A DNA stretch of 64,000 bases from the NCBI RefSeq assembly GCF_032191835.1, contig NC_083240.1, positions 43,834,001-43,898,000 on the forward strand, in the 5' to 3' direction. Source of the stretch: Heteronotia binoei. Taxonomy: Eukaryota. Under the pieces are notes generated by a model. The model did not search any database. It saw nothing but the letters and a program-made list of their open reading frames with translations, and was not told the DNA's origin. The translations under genes were made by a program, and so were the position numbers. This document shows positions 1 through 11,560 of the stretch, in pieces. The stretch's first letter is position 1, and each line of letters begins with the position of its first letter.

Positions 1-1377
1 GATTAAATTTCCTCCATATATCCTCCAAATTTTCTTGTTTGACCAATTAAAAAAAAAGACTTTGGCAATTTTCCTTCCTTATCATTCCCCCCCCCCCCCA
101 GACCTATCCAGTGTGTTCTTAATTGTTCCATTAAAGTCCCCCATTATCAAAACTTGATCATAAGTCAGTTCATCAAATTGTTGCATAATGTCTTTAAAAA
201 AAGCATCCTTTGCACCATTTGGTGCATACAGTCCCAATAACGTTTTTTTTGCATTTAATATTATTTCTACAGCTACAAATCTTCCATCTTTATCTTTAAA
301 CACTAATTTTGGCTCCAATTCTTGTTTAATATAGAAAATCACTCCCCTTTTCTTCTGTTCAGCCAATGAATAAAATTCTAGTCCCAGTTGTTTATTCCAT
401 AAAAATTTGTAATCATGTCATTTTTTTGTATGCTTTTCTGTCATTTATCACTTGTCCTGGCAATACTTTAATGATTCTTACTCTGCTGCCTCCAACTGTC
501 AATGTCTTTTCAAAATTTTTATTCAAGATTTTTCCCACCATTTCTTTTGTCGTATATCTTATAACCACGTCTCTTGGTAGATTATTTTTCTTGGCATATA
601 GTGAGTTCACTCTATACATATAGTCATACATGCTTCTAGTTCCTTCAGGATCTTCCTCCAAAAATTCTGCAATTATTCTTATTATATATCCTTTCAAATC
701 AGTCTCTTTATCCTCAGGTACTCCTCTCAGACGTATCTGGGTTCCATCAATTTGCAGTCATGAATTGCCACCTTTTCTTGCATTTTTAGCAAGGTGGAAT
801 CATGTACTTTCACTTTCTCTTCCACCTCTTGCACTTTCTTTGATGTTACCACAGTCTCATTTCTGAGATCTTCTATATCTTTCCTTAGCTCTTCAATGTC
901 TTTTCTAATTTCTTTTTTAGAAGCAGTTATCATGTCTCTCACCCCTTTCATCATCCTGGCTTCCATTGCTTCTAATTGCTCTTGCATTTTCTCCATTGAG
1001 GCAGTCCTTGCACGGGTTAACTTATGCTCTGACATTTAAAAAAACACTGAAAATTTTGACCTCTCCAAATTAAATTTAAATTATCAGGTTTGATAGAGTA
1101 GGGCTTGCCCTTTTCAATAAGCCTAATTTCGCCATGCTCAGAGCCTCCTGGGCTCAGATATTAATTTTTAAAGTTTTTATTTCCTCCAAAATGGCAGTCA
1201 CGACTTTCTGCTTCCCTTTAAAAAAATTTCCTTCAAAAGGCTTCTAAAATAATTATCAGCGATAATGTCCAATAGTATTTACCTTATAATTGTCACCTCT
1301 GTCAGCTTCACCAATTTTTAATGTCCCAAACACTTTTAAAACTTCGTTTAAATGTTGACCTCCTAGCTATGATATTA
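1..1377 (-). mobile_element. L1-clade LINE, degraded ORF1 (coiled coil + RRM) and start of ORF2 APE endonuclease, plus part of 5'UTR
   Basis: Minus-strand ORFs: 727-1035 coiled coil (KKEIRKDIEELRKDIEDLRNE), 413-697 L1-ORF1-like (PRDVVIRYTTKEM...VRIIK), 82-366 endonuclease motifs (KKRGVIFYIK, DGRFVAVE, GLYAPN, IMGDFN). Stops and frameshifts present. Confidence 0.88.
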
Positions 1378-2860
1378 TAGAAAATATCGGCTGGTCTCGA
1401 ATTTACCCTTTTTGGGTAAACTCATTGAGAGGGCAGTCCGGTTTCCGTCCGGGTCACGGGACGGAGACAGTGCTGGTCGCTCTGATGGACGATCTCCAGC
1501 GGTATCTGGATCGAGGCGGCTCGGCGGTGCTGGTGTTGTTAGACCTATTGGCAGCGTTCGATACGGTTGACCACCGGCTGCTGACTTGCCATCTCGCTGA
1601 CGTGGGGATTCAGGGGTTGGCCCTACAATGGCTCTCCTCGTTCCTTGATGGTCGGGGACAAAGGGTGGCGATTGGGGGTGAGTTGTCCCAGAGGCACACG
1701 CTTGATTGTGGGGTGCCTCAGGGGGCAGTTCTTTCCCCAATGTTGTTTAACATCTACATGCGCCCCCTTGCCCAGATTGCCCGGAGGTATGGGCTGGGTT
1801 GCCACAAGTACGCTAATGACACCCAGCTCTATCTATTCATGGACGGACGGCCTGACTGTGTCCCAGAAAACCTGGACCGGGCATTACAAGCCGTGGCTAG
1901 ATAGCTCAGGCTGAGTAGGTTGAAACTAAATCCAGCAAAGACAGAGGTCCTTTGCTTGGGTCGCCGTGGTCTGGGAGGGGAAATTCCCCTTCCAGCTCTT
2001 GACGGTGTGCCACTGACAATGGCGCACAGGGTCAAGAGCTTGGGGGTACTACTTGAGCCTGCCTTAACTATGGAGGCCCAGGTAGCAGCCACTGCTAAGT
2101 CCGCATTTTTTCATCTTAGGCAGGCAAGGCAGTTGGCTCCCTTCCTGGAGCAGGACGATCTGGCAACAGTGATCCATGCAACGGTCACCTCAACGTTGGA
2201 TTACTGTAATGCCCTCTACATGGGGCTGCCCCTGTGCCGAACCCGGAAGTTGCAGCTAGTGCAGAACGCCGCCGCTCGGCTGTTATTAGGGCTCCCTAGA
2301 CGGGAGCACATTCAGCCGGGCCTCCGGGGACTGCACTGGCTGCCAGTAATATACCGAGTCCGGTACAAGGTGCTGGTTATTACCTTTAAAGCCCTATATG
2401 GCCTAGGACCTGCCTACCTTAGGGACCGTCTCTTCCCATATGTCCCCCAGAGGGTACTTCGATCTGGCTCTCGAAATCTGCTTGTAATCCCCGGGCCAAA
2501 GGAGGCCCGGTTGAAGTCAACCATGGACAGGGCCTTCTCAATTACAGCCCCTTGCTGGTGGAACCAGTTACCGGAAGAGGTCAGGGCCCTGCGGGATATT
2601 GGACAGTTCTGTGGGGCCTGTAAGTCAGTCCTCTTCCGGTTGGCTTATAACTGACCGGCACCGAAATACTCTGAAGGAAGTCTATAGATAGCACACTGAC
2701 ATGGATTGATGTATCGATATATTAGTGTTTTAATTATGTAAATTACTATTATATTTTAATTCTGAATTTTATTGTTAGAACTTTTATGCTGTGAGCCGCC
2801 CTGAGCCCGCTTCGGTGGGGTAGGGCAGGATATAAATCAAATAAATAAATAAATAAAATA
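1378..2860 (+). mobile_element. 5'-truncated L2-clade LINE (RT to 3' tail) inserted into the L1 5'UTR
   Basis: Translates YRLVSNLPFLGKLIERA, QSGFRPGHGTET, LLDLLAAFDTVDH, GVPQGAVLSPMLFNIYM, YANDTQLY, MKLNPAKTE...LHWLP; ends tgtgagccgccctgagccc...(TAAA)n. Confidence 0.92.
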
Positions 2861-3575
2861 GTCCTAGAGTAGGCTAGCTGCTTCAATGATTTCCCTTTTC
2901 CATCTGACACTTCCTGCTTTTCTTGCCACCAAATCCCGTTTTCACTGGTAAAAAGATCTTGCGATGTTTGACGTATTTCCTGTGTTGACTATGAGAGCTG
3001 CAAATCTGTGACGATGGAGCTTTTTCACCAAAACCGCAAGTAGACAAAACAATAAATTCCTTTCCACTTTTTAGCACTGTCCTTTAAATTTACAAAATTC
3101 AAATTTCGCCCCTTCTCCCCTTCTTCTTTCAAACTTTCTGAATCTCTATTTCCCACCTTCTGATTTTATTTTGTTTAACTTTAAATAGTCCTGGAATGAA
3201 GATAGTCATCAGTACCTTTTTCTGCAGTTATCCAGATCCAACACTGGTCTTGTATAGCTTTAGATGTTTAGCAGTCTCAAAGAAGGTTAGGATCCTGTGG
3301 AGCTTATGTCAAATAAATGACTCTGGAAACTTCTGCAGATGATAAATATGCAACTCCGGAGACCCCTCAAAGCCTCAAAAGAGCCCCCCCCCCGGGACTC
3401 CCTTTTAGCCAAGGTAAATCTCCTCAGAGTTTCCTGTGCATATCTTGGACTGATCTCTGACTGAGAAAAGTAGGCAGTAGGCATTAAATTGCCCTCCACT
3501 ACCCCGAACAGAAGCCCCAGCCTGCTCCCCTTTTGAGAAGCAATTCAGCTCGGCATTTTCCAACCCCAGAAGTCC
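2861..3575 (-). mobile_element. Remainder of the L1 5'UTR including probable 5' terminus
   Basis: Non-coding sequence continuing beyond the L2 insertion; minus strand starts GGACTTCTGGGGTTGGAAAATGCCG at 3575, resembling GGACTTCCGG...AAGATGGCG (YY1-type) L1 5' ends. Boundary is inferred. Confidence 0.55.
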
Positions 3576-3689
3576 TGAATCTGGGTTGTGGAGGGTTCGT
3601 AAGCAAATGGGTTCTTCCTGGGTCAGGAATGCAGAGTTATGATATTCACTTGCCCAGCTCTGATCTCTGTTTGCTTTGCTCAAGCTAAT

Positions 3690-3725
3690 ATCCTCTGCTT
3701 TTTCTTTTCTTTTCAAGTTGCCCAG
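3690..3725 (+). promoter_or_regulatory. PIGW: Splice acceptor of PIGW coding exon (AG 3716-3717, or AG 3724-3725)
   Basis: Long pyrimidine tract ctctgctttttcttttcttttcAAG just upstream of ATG 3734; vertebrate PIGW has its whole CDS in one exon after a non-coding exon. Confidence 0.65.
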
Positions 3726-3733
3726 GTCCAAGA

Positions 3734-5248
3734 ATGTCACAGAAACTCTTGAAAGAAGAATTTGTAAGTAATCTGAATGGCACAACCTTGCTTGAGATTT
3801 CCATCGGTTTAACCCTAGCACCGTTATGTCTACTGTCCAGAGGACTGCTGTTGATCTTGTATTTTCTTCACTATGGAAGACCTTTGAGTTCAAAGAATGC
3901 CCATTTTTTCCTGGACTTCACTGTTTTAGTGGTCCCTCCTGTGTTCTGCTGTACAGTTCTAGCTACCATCCTTCCCTGGGTGATACTTTCCATTATGGCA
4001 TTCTGTGCAGGTCTGGTTTATAACATATACTGTAGACGAATGACTCACATCAAAGTGCCACTTCAGCAAATCCTAAGTGACTTTCTGAGCACAGGGTTAG
4101 ATCCGGAATATATTCCTTCCATAACAGTCTTCCGAGTGTACGTCAACGTGTTAACGTCCATCAGCATTCTGGCCGTGGATTTCCCACAGTACCCCCGCCG
4201 ATATGCCAAAACAGAGACATTTGGAACAGGAGTGATGGATTTGGGGGTTGGATCTTTTGTTTTTGGCAATGCTGTGGTTTGTCCTGAAGTCCGGATGAAA
4301 CCGGGTGCTGTGCAAAGCAAGTTTTTCTACATCACGAGGCAGTTCTTTGCTGTGTGGCCTCTGCTGTTCCTTGGCTTTGGCCGACTGATGAGCGTTAAGG
4401 GAGTAGAGTACCACGAACACGTATCAGAATATGGCGCACACTGGAACTTCTTCTTCACTTTAGCCATCGTGCGAATGGCAGCATCGTTGCTCTTGACTTT
4501 ATTTCCTGTGCGAAAAGCGTGGCTAATAGCCGTAATGCTTGCTGTAGTGTATGAATGTTTTCTCACCTTTACGCCCCTGAAGGCGTTTATCTTGCATGGG
4601 AGTGATGGGCAAGGCTCAAGGGCTGGGTTTTTAAATGCCAACAGAGAGGGGGTCTTTTCTGTCATTGGCTACCTTGCTATCTACATGGCAAGTGTTCAAG
4701 TGGGCTTGTATTTGATAAAGAAAAGAGGCTCTGTCCAGGAGTGGGTTGGAGTGATGTACAGGATCCTGTGGGCGATTCTCATCCTCTTTTTATTTCTCGG
4801 TGTAATTCAGACATATGTCGAAACTGTATCCCGACGGATGGCAAATCTCTCGTTCTGCATCTGGGTTGTCGCTCACGGCCTGTCACTCTTTAGCTTATTT
4901 TTAGCAGCTGATCTTGTTTTGGTGTTTGCAAAACTTCTGGTAGACGGGGTGACTGTTCCTTGCAGCTGGAATATTGCCCAGACATCTGTAACAAATAAAA
5001 AACGTGATCTGGAACCCCAGGATGGACCAGTGCCACCCCGAAGTACGTGCATGGTCAGTGCTGTTAACAAAAACCAGCTGCTTTATTTCTTGCTAGCAAA
5101 TGTCTTGACTGGCCTTGTGAATGTGATGGTTGATACGATTCATAGTAACGCAATCTTGGCCATGTTTGTTCTGCATGTGTACATGCTTACAAACTGTCTC
5201 GTTATGCATATATTGCAAGCAAAAAATGTCATCTTAAAGTGGTGGTAA
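3734..5248 (+). CDS. PIGW: GPI inositol acyltransferase PIG-W (GWT1 family), single coding exon, 504 aa
   Basis: Intact multi-pass membrane ORF starting MSQKLLKEEFVSNLNGTT with family motifs AVDFPQYPRRYAKTETFGTGVMDLGVGSFVF, EYHEHVSEYGAHWNFFFTL, LNANREGVFS, SRRMANL, NQLLYFLLANVLTGLVN. Confidence 0.97.
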   Translation: MSQKLLKEEFVSNLNGTTLLEISIGLTLAPLCLLSRGLLLILYFLHYGRPLSSKNAHFFLDFTVLVVPPVFCCTVLATILPWVILSIMAFCAGLVYNIYCRRMTHIKVPLQQILSDFLSTGLDPEYIPSITVFRVYVNVLTSISILAVDFPQYPRRYAKTETFGTGVMDLGVGSFVFGNAVVCPEVRMKPGAVQSKFFYITRQFFAVWPLLFLGFGRLMSVKGVEYHEHVSEYGAHWNFFFTLAIVRMAASLLLTLFPVRKAWLIAVMLAVVYECFLTFTPLKAFILHGSDGQGSRAGFLNANREGVFSVIGYLAIYMASVQVGLYLIKKRGSVQEWVGVMYRILWAILILFLFLGVIQTYVETVSRRMANLSFCIWVVAHGLSLFSLFLAADLVLVFAKLLVDGVTVPCSWNIAQTSVTNKKRDLEPQDGPVPPRSTCMVSAVNKNQLLYFLLANVLTGLVNVMVDTIHSNAILAMFVLHVYMLTNCLVMHILQAKNVILKWW

Positions 5249-5378
5249 TTTATAGACATAAATTGCAGGTTATGAAAAGCATGCATTTCCTACAATACAT
5301 GAATGTTTGCAAAAGGACTGGAAACTTCTTATTTAAGGGTTTTTAAAGATCCCAGTGCTGAAACTTGGGGACCAGGCC

Positions 5379-5384
5379 ATTAAA
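5379..5384 (+). terminator. PIGW: Candidate PIGW poly(A) signal ATTAAA
   Basis: First common hexamer variant ~130 nt after the stop codon; not otherwise verified. Confidence 0.35.
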
Positions 5385-5499
5385 ATCAAAGTGTATTCAT
5401 GTCAATTTGCATGGCACATCTGTAGATGCTTGTAGGATTTGGAACCAAAGGTCTAGTTTATATGCATGTACAAACGGAAAGCTAGATAACATGCGAATG

Positions 5500-5690
5500 G
5501 CAGCATCGTAGCTGTTTGGGTAGCTGTTTGGGTCAGAAGCAACAGAACAAAGTCTGAGTCCAGGTGCACCTTTAAGACCTGCAAAGTTTAATTCTTGGTA
5601 TAAGTTTTCATGCACATGCACACTTCTTCAAAGTGAAATTAAATTAAACTTTGTTGATCTTAAAGGCGCTACTGGCCTCAAATATTAGAC
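5500..5690. mobile_element. Penelope-like element termini in inverted arrangement
   Basis: gagtccaggtgcacctttaagacc...aaagtttaatt (5556-5593) is imperfectly inverted to aattaaactttgttgatcttaaaggcgctactggcctc (5642-5679). The same motif lies near GIY-YIG-like sequence at ~34.1-35.4 kb. Confidence 0.55.
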
Positions 5691-6468
5691 TGAAAGCCAG
5701 TGTGTATGTTCATCACATTGAGTTTCCTGTGCAGCATGTCCTTACATCTTAAAAGGTATCTGCAGACAAGATGTCCAGCGTTAGGTTTGCTAACTCTACA
5801 TTGGGAATTTCCTGGAAAATTGATTGGAGGGGGCGGGACCCTGCGGAGGACAGAGTTTCAGGAGGGGAGGGGCCTTAATAGGGTATAATGCCGCAGAGCC
5901 CACCCTCTGCAGCATCACTTGTAATTCTGGGAGACCTCCCAGCTGGCAACCATACCCAGCATGGTGTTCAGTTCAGGGCCAGAATTGCTTGACAGGGGAG
6001 TGACCAGTGTCTGGCTTGGTGTGGGTGATGGAAGTTCTCCCACATATCATATTCCTGGTTGTGGTCACTTTCATATAGAAAGAAATGGAGGCCACTGACT
6101 CAGATGGCAGGGATGAAAAGAGCTGTTGCCTTGGCCATCACAGAGATTGAAGAGGGAGGGACCGTAGCCTCCAGACATTTGTCAGCCTGCTTTTTGGTGG
6201 AGGGGGGGGGGGCAAGATTGTTCTACCTCAGCACTGTCACTGATAGCATCACCTAAATGTTTTCCCATAGAAGTCAATGGAGCACCTTTCAGTTTAATAA
6301 GGTGGGTGAATACAGGTCATCAGATTGATAACGCACTTAGCTAGTCCATGCCAAAGAGCTGAGCATGTAAAAGTCTCTGCAGGATCAGGGCTGATAAAAA
6401 TTTTATATAGTTTTATGTCCAGATGCATGGGGGAAGGGAAAAAGCAAAAACAAAGTTAAAGCCTATAA

Positions 6469-6823
6469 CAGGGGTCCTCAAACTTTTTAAATAGGGGGCC
6501 AGTTCACTGTCCCGCAGACTGTTGGAGGGCCGGACTGTTGTGGTGGCTGCCGTTACTGTACAAGGCCGCGGGCCGTCAGTTCTCCGTCTTCTGCATCTCT
6601 CTCCCTTCCCCACACCACACACCCCAGCCTAGGAACTCACCTCACCTTGGTATCGCCTCACACTCTGTCTCTGCCGCCTCAGCCCAGTGCCGGAAGTGTG
6701 CATTGCTAACGCGAATTTAGGTCAAACGTCACTTCCGGTCTGATTTTGCCATAACCCAGTGGGCCGCATAAACGTCCTCAGCGGGCCACATCTGGCCCGC
6801 GGGCCGTAGTTTGAGGACCCCTG
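6469..6823. mobile_element. Non-autonomous hAT transposon (MITE), OC1/OposCharlie-like
   Basis: Perfect 16-bp TIRs CAGGGGTCCTCAAACT / AGTTTGAGGACCCCTG; perfect 8-bp TSD GCCTATAA (6461-6468, 6824-6831). Family name from memory. Confidence 0.9.
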
Positions 6824-6860
6824 GCCTATAAGAAGAGGAGGAAATTGAAATATTAAATAA

Positions 6861-7095
6861 GAGAGCCAGCGTGGTATAGTGATTAAGAGCAGTGATCTCT
6901 AATCTGGAGGCCTGGGTTTGATTCCCCACTCCTCCTCCACATGAGGCTTGCTGGGTGACCTTGGGCAGGCCAGTTTTCTCAGAACTGTCTCCACCCCTTC
7001 TACCTCACAAAAAGTCTGTTGTGGGGAGTGGAAGAAAAGGCAATTGTAAGCTGCTTAGGAAACTCTTAAAGACAGAGAAAAGCAGGGGGGGGAAA
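6861..7095 (+). mobile_element. tRNA-derived SINE (Squam3/MIR-related, older copy)
   Basis: gagagccagcgtggtatagtgattaagagc...ggtttgattcccc A/B-box head; gggtgaccttgggc core; ctacctcaca...ttgtgggg tail. Confidence 0.75.
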
Positions 7096-9619
7096 CCTAC
7101 TCTTCTTTAGATAATCTCGGGCAATATAGACTTACGTGCATGCCTTTATAACTCATTTCATTTATGGGGGTATTATAAAATTAAGACAAGATATGAGCCT
7201 TCTAGTATACAAGCCAGCAGACAAGTCTTGAGAAGTGCCAATGTTCTTTCTGTCTTGTGTTCAGGACACTGCCCAATTAGCATCATTAGTGGGTTAGATT
7301 TTACATTGGCAAGGAAATAAACCAGTGGTCTATGATAAAACAAGTTAAGCTTCATTGGCTCTCATTTACATTGTAGCTGTTTTGACAACCAATTGAGCGG
7401 AACTTCAGCCAGCATACATCCTTAATGGGACAGGCTGTCATTTTCAAAGTTATAAAAGCAAGTCATTCTGTACTGAATTAGTCAAGCTGATGATTAACTT
7501 TAGTGGCTTGTCCATTAATTAAGAGCACAATTCCCTAGCCTGAGGTGGCAGTTGTATAGTGCATGGTATGTTCCAAAATGTATTGCTACCGTTTTGTACA
7601 TCAATTCAAAGCGTGCCCACTCCTGAACTCTAGTTGGATTTTGGATCTGTTAGCTGCAAAGAGACGATGATAACAAGACATACTAAGCCATCCATTATAA
7701 TAATTTTTAAATCCATGGTTTTGAAAGCCTTGCCATGCAACTGTTATCCATTTACTGAATAAGAAGGAAGACATTTGGAGATGTCGGGGTCAAATGTTGC
7801 CTTGCGTCTTTGTTGGCTTTAGATTTCTGTGTCCTTCCTCTTCATGCTATTGTTCCCAAGGGCACTTTTGGAACTACTTAACTTGATGCTTGAGCATAAG
7901 CTCTGAGCCATAAAGCTTACTGTGCAATTTTTTTTTTTAAATTTTAACTTGCACAATGGGCAAACCTCCAGAGTATATTAACCTAACAGAGAGAAAAATA
8001 ACTCATTTGGATAAACTTGGATAATGGGCTCAAACTAGTATGACTAAGAGAAAAAATGTGCGCCCCTGCCCACTGGTGCACGTTAAATGCAGCGGCTTGT
8101 CTGATGCCCTGCTTGAGTCAGACATCCTCTGATGTGATGATCAGTTCAATTGTCACAGAATAGGCTACTTTCTTTGATGTCTCATCATCACTGGAAACGC
8201 TTGGAGTTTCAGCTGTTTGTCCTGCCTCCAAAGTTCTGCTATTTTGGATTTCACAGAGTCAATCTCCTTTTGCAGCTTCAGAATCTGTAATGTTTCAGTG
8301 CAGTCAATTTACCTTTCTGGCCTTCAGATGTTTTTTGCAGTTAGTCCTGTGTGTCTGGGCTTGTTGCTTCTGGATGTAGCCAAGGAATGCAGGGAACCAA
8401 ACGAGGAGGCCCTTGGGCTGGATTTCAAGCTCGAGGTGGTCACAATATCTGACTGCTGTTTAGGGTTTTGCTGGCCTGACAGATGGTAATGATGGCAATC
8501 CTAAAATTTGCATTGCAGATTCTGAACTGCCTGGCTGGTCCGTGGGGTGGGGTGGGGGGCTGGCACTGGAAGCACTCAGAGGCCCCAGGCAGCACTCCCT
8601 GTAGGTCGGCCAAGCCACTGCAGCTCAGACTCCCTGCCAGCGGGTGCTCTGGTAAGGGGCTGTCTGGACAAATTGGGGCACTTCCGAGTCCTCAGACATT
8701 ACTGCCGCTGATGGTGACAATGAGAGTCAGGGGAAGCTGCGTGTCTGAAAACCTCTGCAAGCATCTTTTCTCAGCATCAGACAGCTCTGTCTCTGAATGC
8801 CTCTGCAAGCACCTTTTATCAGAGAATAGCCATATTGGCCTACCTTTCAGGGTTGTTGTAAGGACTGCTGCCACATATTTGCAAAGCACTAGAAACACTC
8901 AAAACTATTGTAGGAATGAATGCCATTGTGTTACCCAATGGGAAAGTTAAGTTTAATGTTGGGAGGCTTTTATTTTCAGGTTAAGGTTTCAAACAGCCAT
9001 GCTCCTAACCTAGTTTACTTGAAAGTAAACACCTCATTGATTTCACGGGAGTCTGCTTCCAAGTAAGAATTGTGAGGGTGAAAGTCTTTGACTGAAAGTC
9101 TGTGAACATTTAATTGGGATTAAATATGTATTTTGTTTGTCTAATTGTATATTTGACTTCAGCATTGCAGTGACTTCTGCATTTTATTAAATAAATGAAA
9201 CTAAATTGATTTTGCCTCGTTTCTCCCTCAGATGTCAATTGCAAAACTATGCTTTCCCCTCTGGGAGAAGTCTGTATATGTGTATGAAAATGTGTACATA
9301 TTGCATATAAATGTGTATGTGTTTACAGAGACACACACCTCTAATTTTCATCTGTGTGTGTTTGTATCAATACAAGCTTGTACATAATGCACTTAGGTGT
9401 ATGTCTATTGCATTTGTTGTATATATATATATCTATACATGTTCAAATGATTATGTACACACACATAAAATGTATGCATACAATATCTACTACAATTAAT
9501 CCTGAATTAACAGTGACTTTTTAAGCAGATCCAGGTGGACATCCATGTTGGTCTGAAGTGATAGTACCAAGTTGGATGAATTTGGTATGTACGCTTCCTC
9601 ACGCACAATTCCTCGGACA

Positions 9620-9881
9620 GAAGATAGAAGAAGATACTGGATTTATACCCCACCCTCCACTCTGAATCTCAGAGTCTCAAAGTGGCTTACAGTCTCCTTT
9701 TACCTTCCTCCCCTACAACAGACATCCTGTGAGGTAGGTGGGATTGAAAGAGCTCTCCCAGAAGCTGCCCTTTTAAGGACAGCTCTGCAAAAGCCATGAC
9801 TGACCCAAGGCCATTCCAGCAGGTGCAAGTGGAGGAGTGGAGAGTCCACACACTTAACCACTACATACCAAGCTGGCTCTC
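9620..9881 (-). mobile_element. Squam3-like SINE
   Basis: Reverse complement of the family at 50184 and 59214; 5' deletion in the tRNA head. Confidence 0.85.
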
Positions 9882-10549
9882 TTACTAGCCCATATATATA
9901 TACGGCCTTATATGTATAGACTGGTAAGTTTAATTTCACTCTGGCTGAGTTGTGCATGCACATGAAAGTTCACATTTTGAATAAAACTTTGTTGTTCTTA
10001 AAGGTGCCACTGGACTCCAACGTTCTTTTTAAGCAGAACTGTCCCCTTAAGTCCATCAAAGTCAATGGACTTACAATGATGGTACTATATAACTTCATAA
10101 ATCAAGGCCCCCCAAGTTGTCATAGAAAGCTGGATGGGGCTTTTGCCCAACAGGGCTGAGGCCATTGGGGTTTTGATTGGCTGTGCAGATTCTTAAAAAA
10201 TTGCTTTGGCAGGAGTGGCTACCTCAGCACAAGGATCTTCAAGGGAAGAAAATATTTGTAAATACTGTGCCCATTTTAAAAGGCCCCCTTCTGCCTGAAA
10301 TATTAAATTGAAGGTTGCTATTAGAGTTATGCATGACCTTACTGTCTGACATTTTGTGGTTGGCTCCACCTGCCATAAAAGGATGTGCATGCCTCCCTCT
10401 GTCAGAATTCCAAAGGTGCCCACCACCCACTCGAAAAGGTTGTGGACCCCTGCCCTGATGTTTCCATTTTTTTTTCATTTCTACTAGTAGGGCTCCCCCT
10501 GTTGTCACAATTTCTTTTGGCTGATATTCATGTAAGAAGATCAAACCAG

Positions 10550-11025
10550 TGGTCCACCTAGGCCAGCATCCTGTTTGTCACCATGGCTACCCAATTGCTC
10601 TGCAGGGTATAGAGGCCAGGACCTTCCACCCACGTTGGCACCTAGGCTAGCCCTGCTATTCAGAGGTTTCCTGCTCCTAAGTATATAGGATCTTTTTTTT
10701 AATGACTATGGCTAGTAACTGTTGATGGACCTTCTATCAGTCTGCATCACTTCTAAAGCCACCTATGCTCACGGCCATCTCTTCATCCCTCAGCAGTGAA
10801 CGCCCCAATTTAATCCATCATTGAATAAAGAAGTAATTCCTTTTGTCCATCCTGAATCTACCACCCCTCAGCTTTGTTGGATGCCCTCAAATTATTGTAT
10901 TTTGGGAGGAAAAAAGTTCTCTCTGCCCTCTTGACCCCATGGATAATTTTATAAACCTGTATTGTCTCCTTTTCTAAACTGAGATGCCCCGTGCTCTTCA
11001 GCCTTTCCTTACAAGGAAATGTTCA
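10550..11025 (-). mobile_element. Old CR1-like LINE 3' fragment
   Basis: Degenerate match to CR1 3' region (aagaagtaattccttttgtccatcctgaatc; ttttctaaactg...ctcttcagcctttcc). Confidence 0.5.
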
Positions 11026-11144
11026 GATTTTTAAATTTTTAAAATAAATAAAAGTGCTTGCTTCTGTTTTCTACCCCAAATCTGTGCACATTTCATTAAA
11101 AGGAAGTATGAAATTCAGTTAACCTTACTCCCAAGAATGAACTG

Positions 11145-11360
11145 AGTTACTTCATTTATATCCCACTTTTCTCAACAATGGGGACCCAGAGCAGCTTCCG
11201 TTGCTCTCCCGTTTTATCCTCACAACAACCCTGTGAGGTGGGTGAAGGTGAGAGTGTGGGACTGACCCAAGCTCACCCAGCCAGCTTTTATGACAGAGTA
11301 GGGATTTGAACCTGAGTCTCCCAAAGCCTAAGTTGATGCTCTAGTCTAGCCACTACACCA
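11145..11360 (-). mobile_element. MIR/Squam3-related SINE fragment
   Basis: tttatatcccacttt...cctcacaacaaccctgtgagg...gggatttgaacc core; similar fragments at ~17320-17600, 21265-21545, 57920-58120, 62390-62650. Confidence 0.6.
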
Positions 11361-11471
11361 GCTCTTTGCTAGAATAATGTACCATTTCAGCCATTAGTAA
11401 GATACTAATGTGAATGTGTAATTAATTTAAATATATTCTAAAAATGCCCATTGTAAATATATATATATTTA

Positions 11472-11502
11472 TTTTTACATTTAAATGTTCAATCTCAAAA
11501 AG

Positions 11503-11560
<58 letters not shown>

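Noticed and set aside
1425-2654. 159-aa and 244-aa RT-like ORFs as a functional gene
   Set aside because: 5'-truncated L2 with an internal deletion, an in-frame TAG near 1902 and an altered catalytic motif (YANDT).
1-3700. PIGW exon 1 or MYO19 exons
   Set aside because: Region is fully explained by L1/L2; these features are probably upstream of the window.
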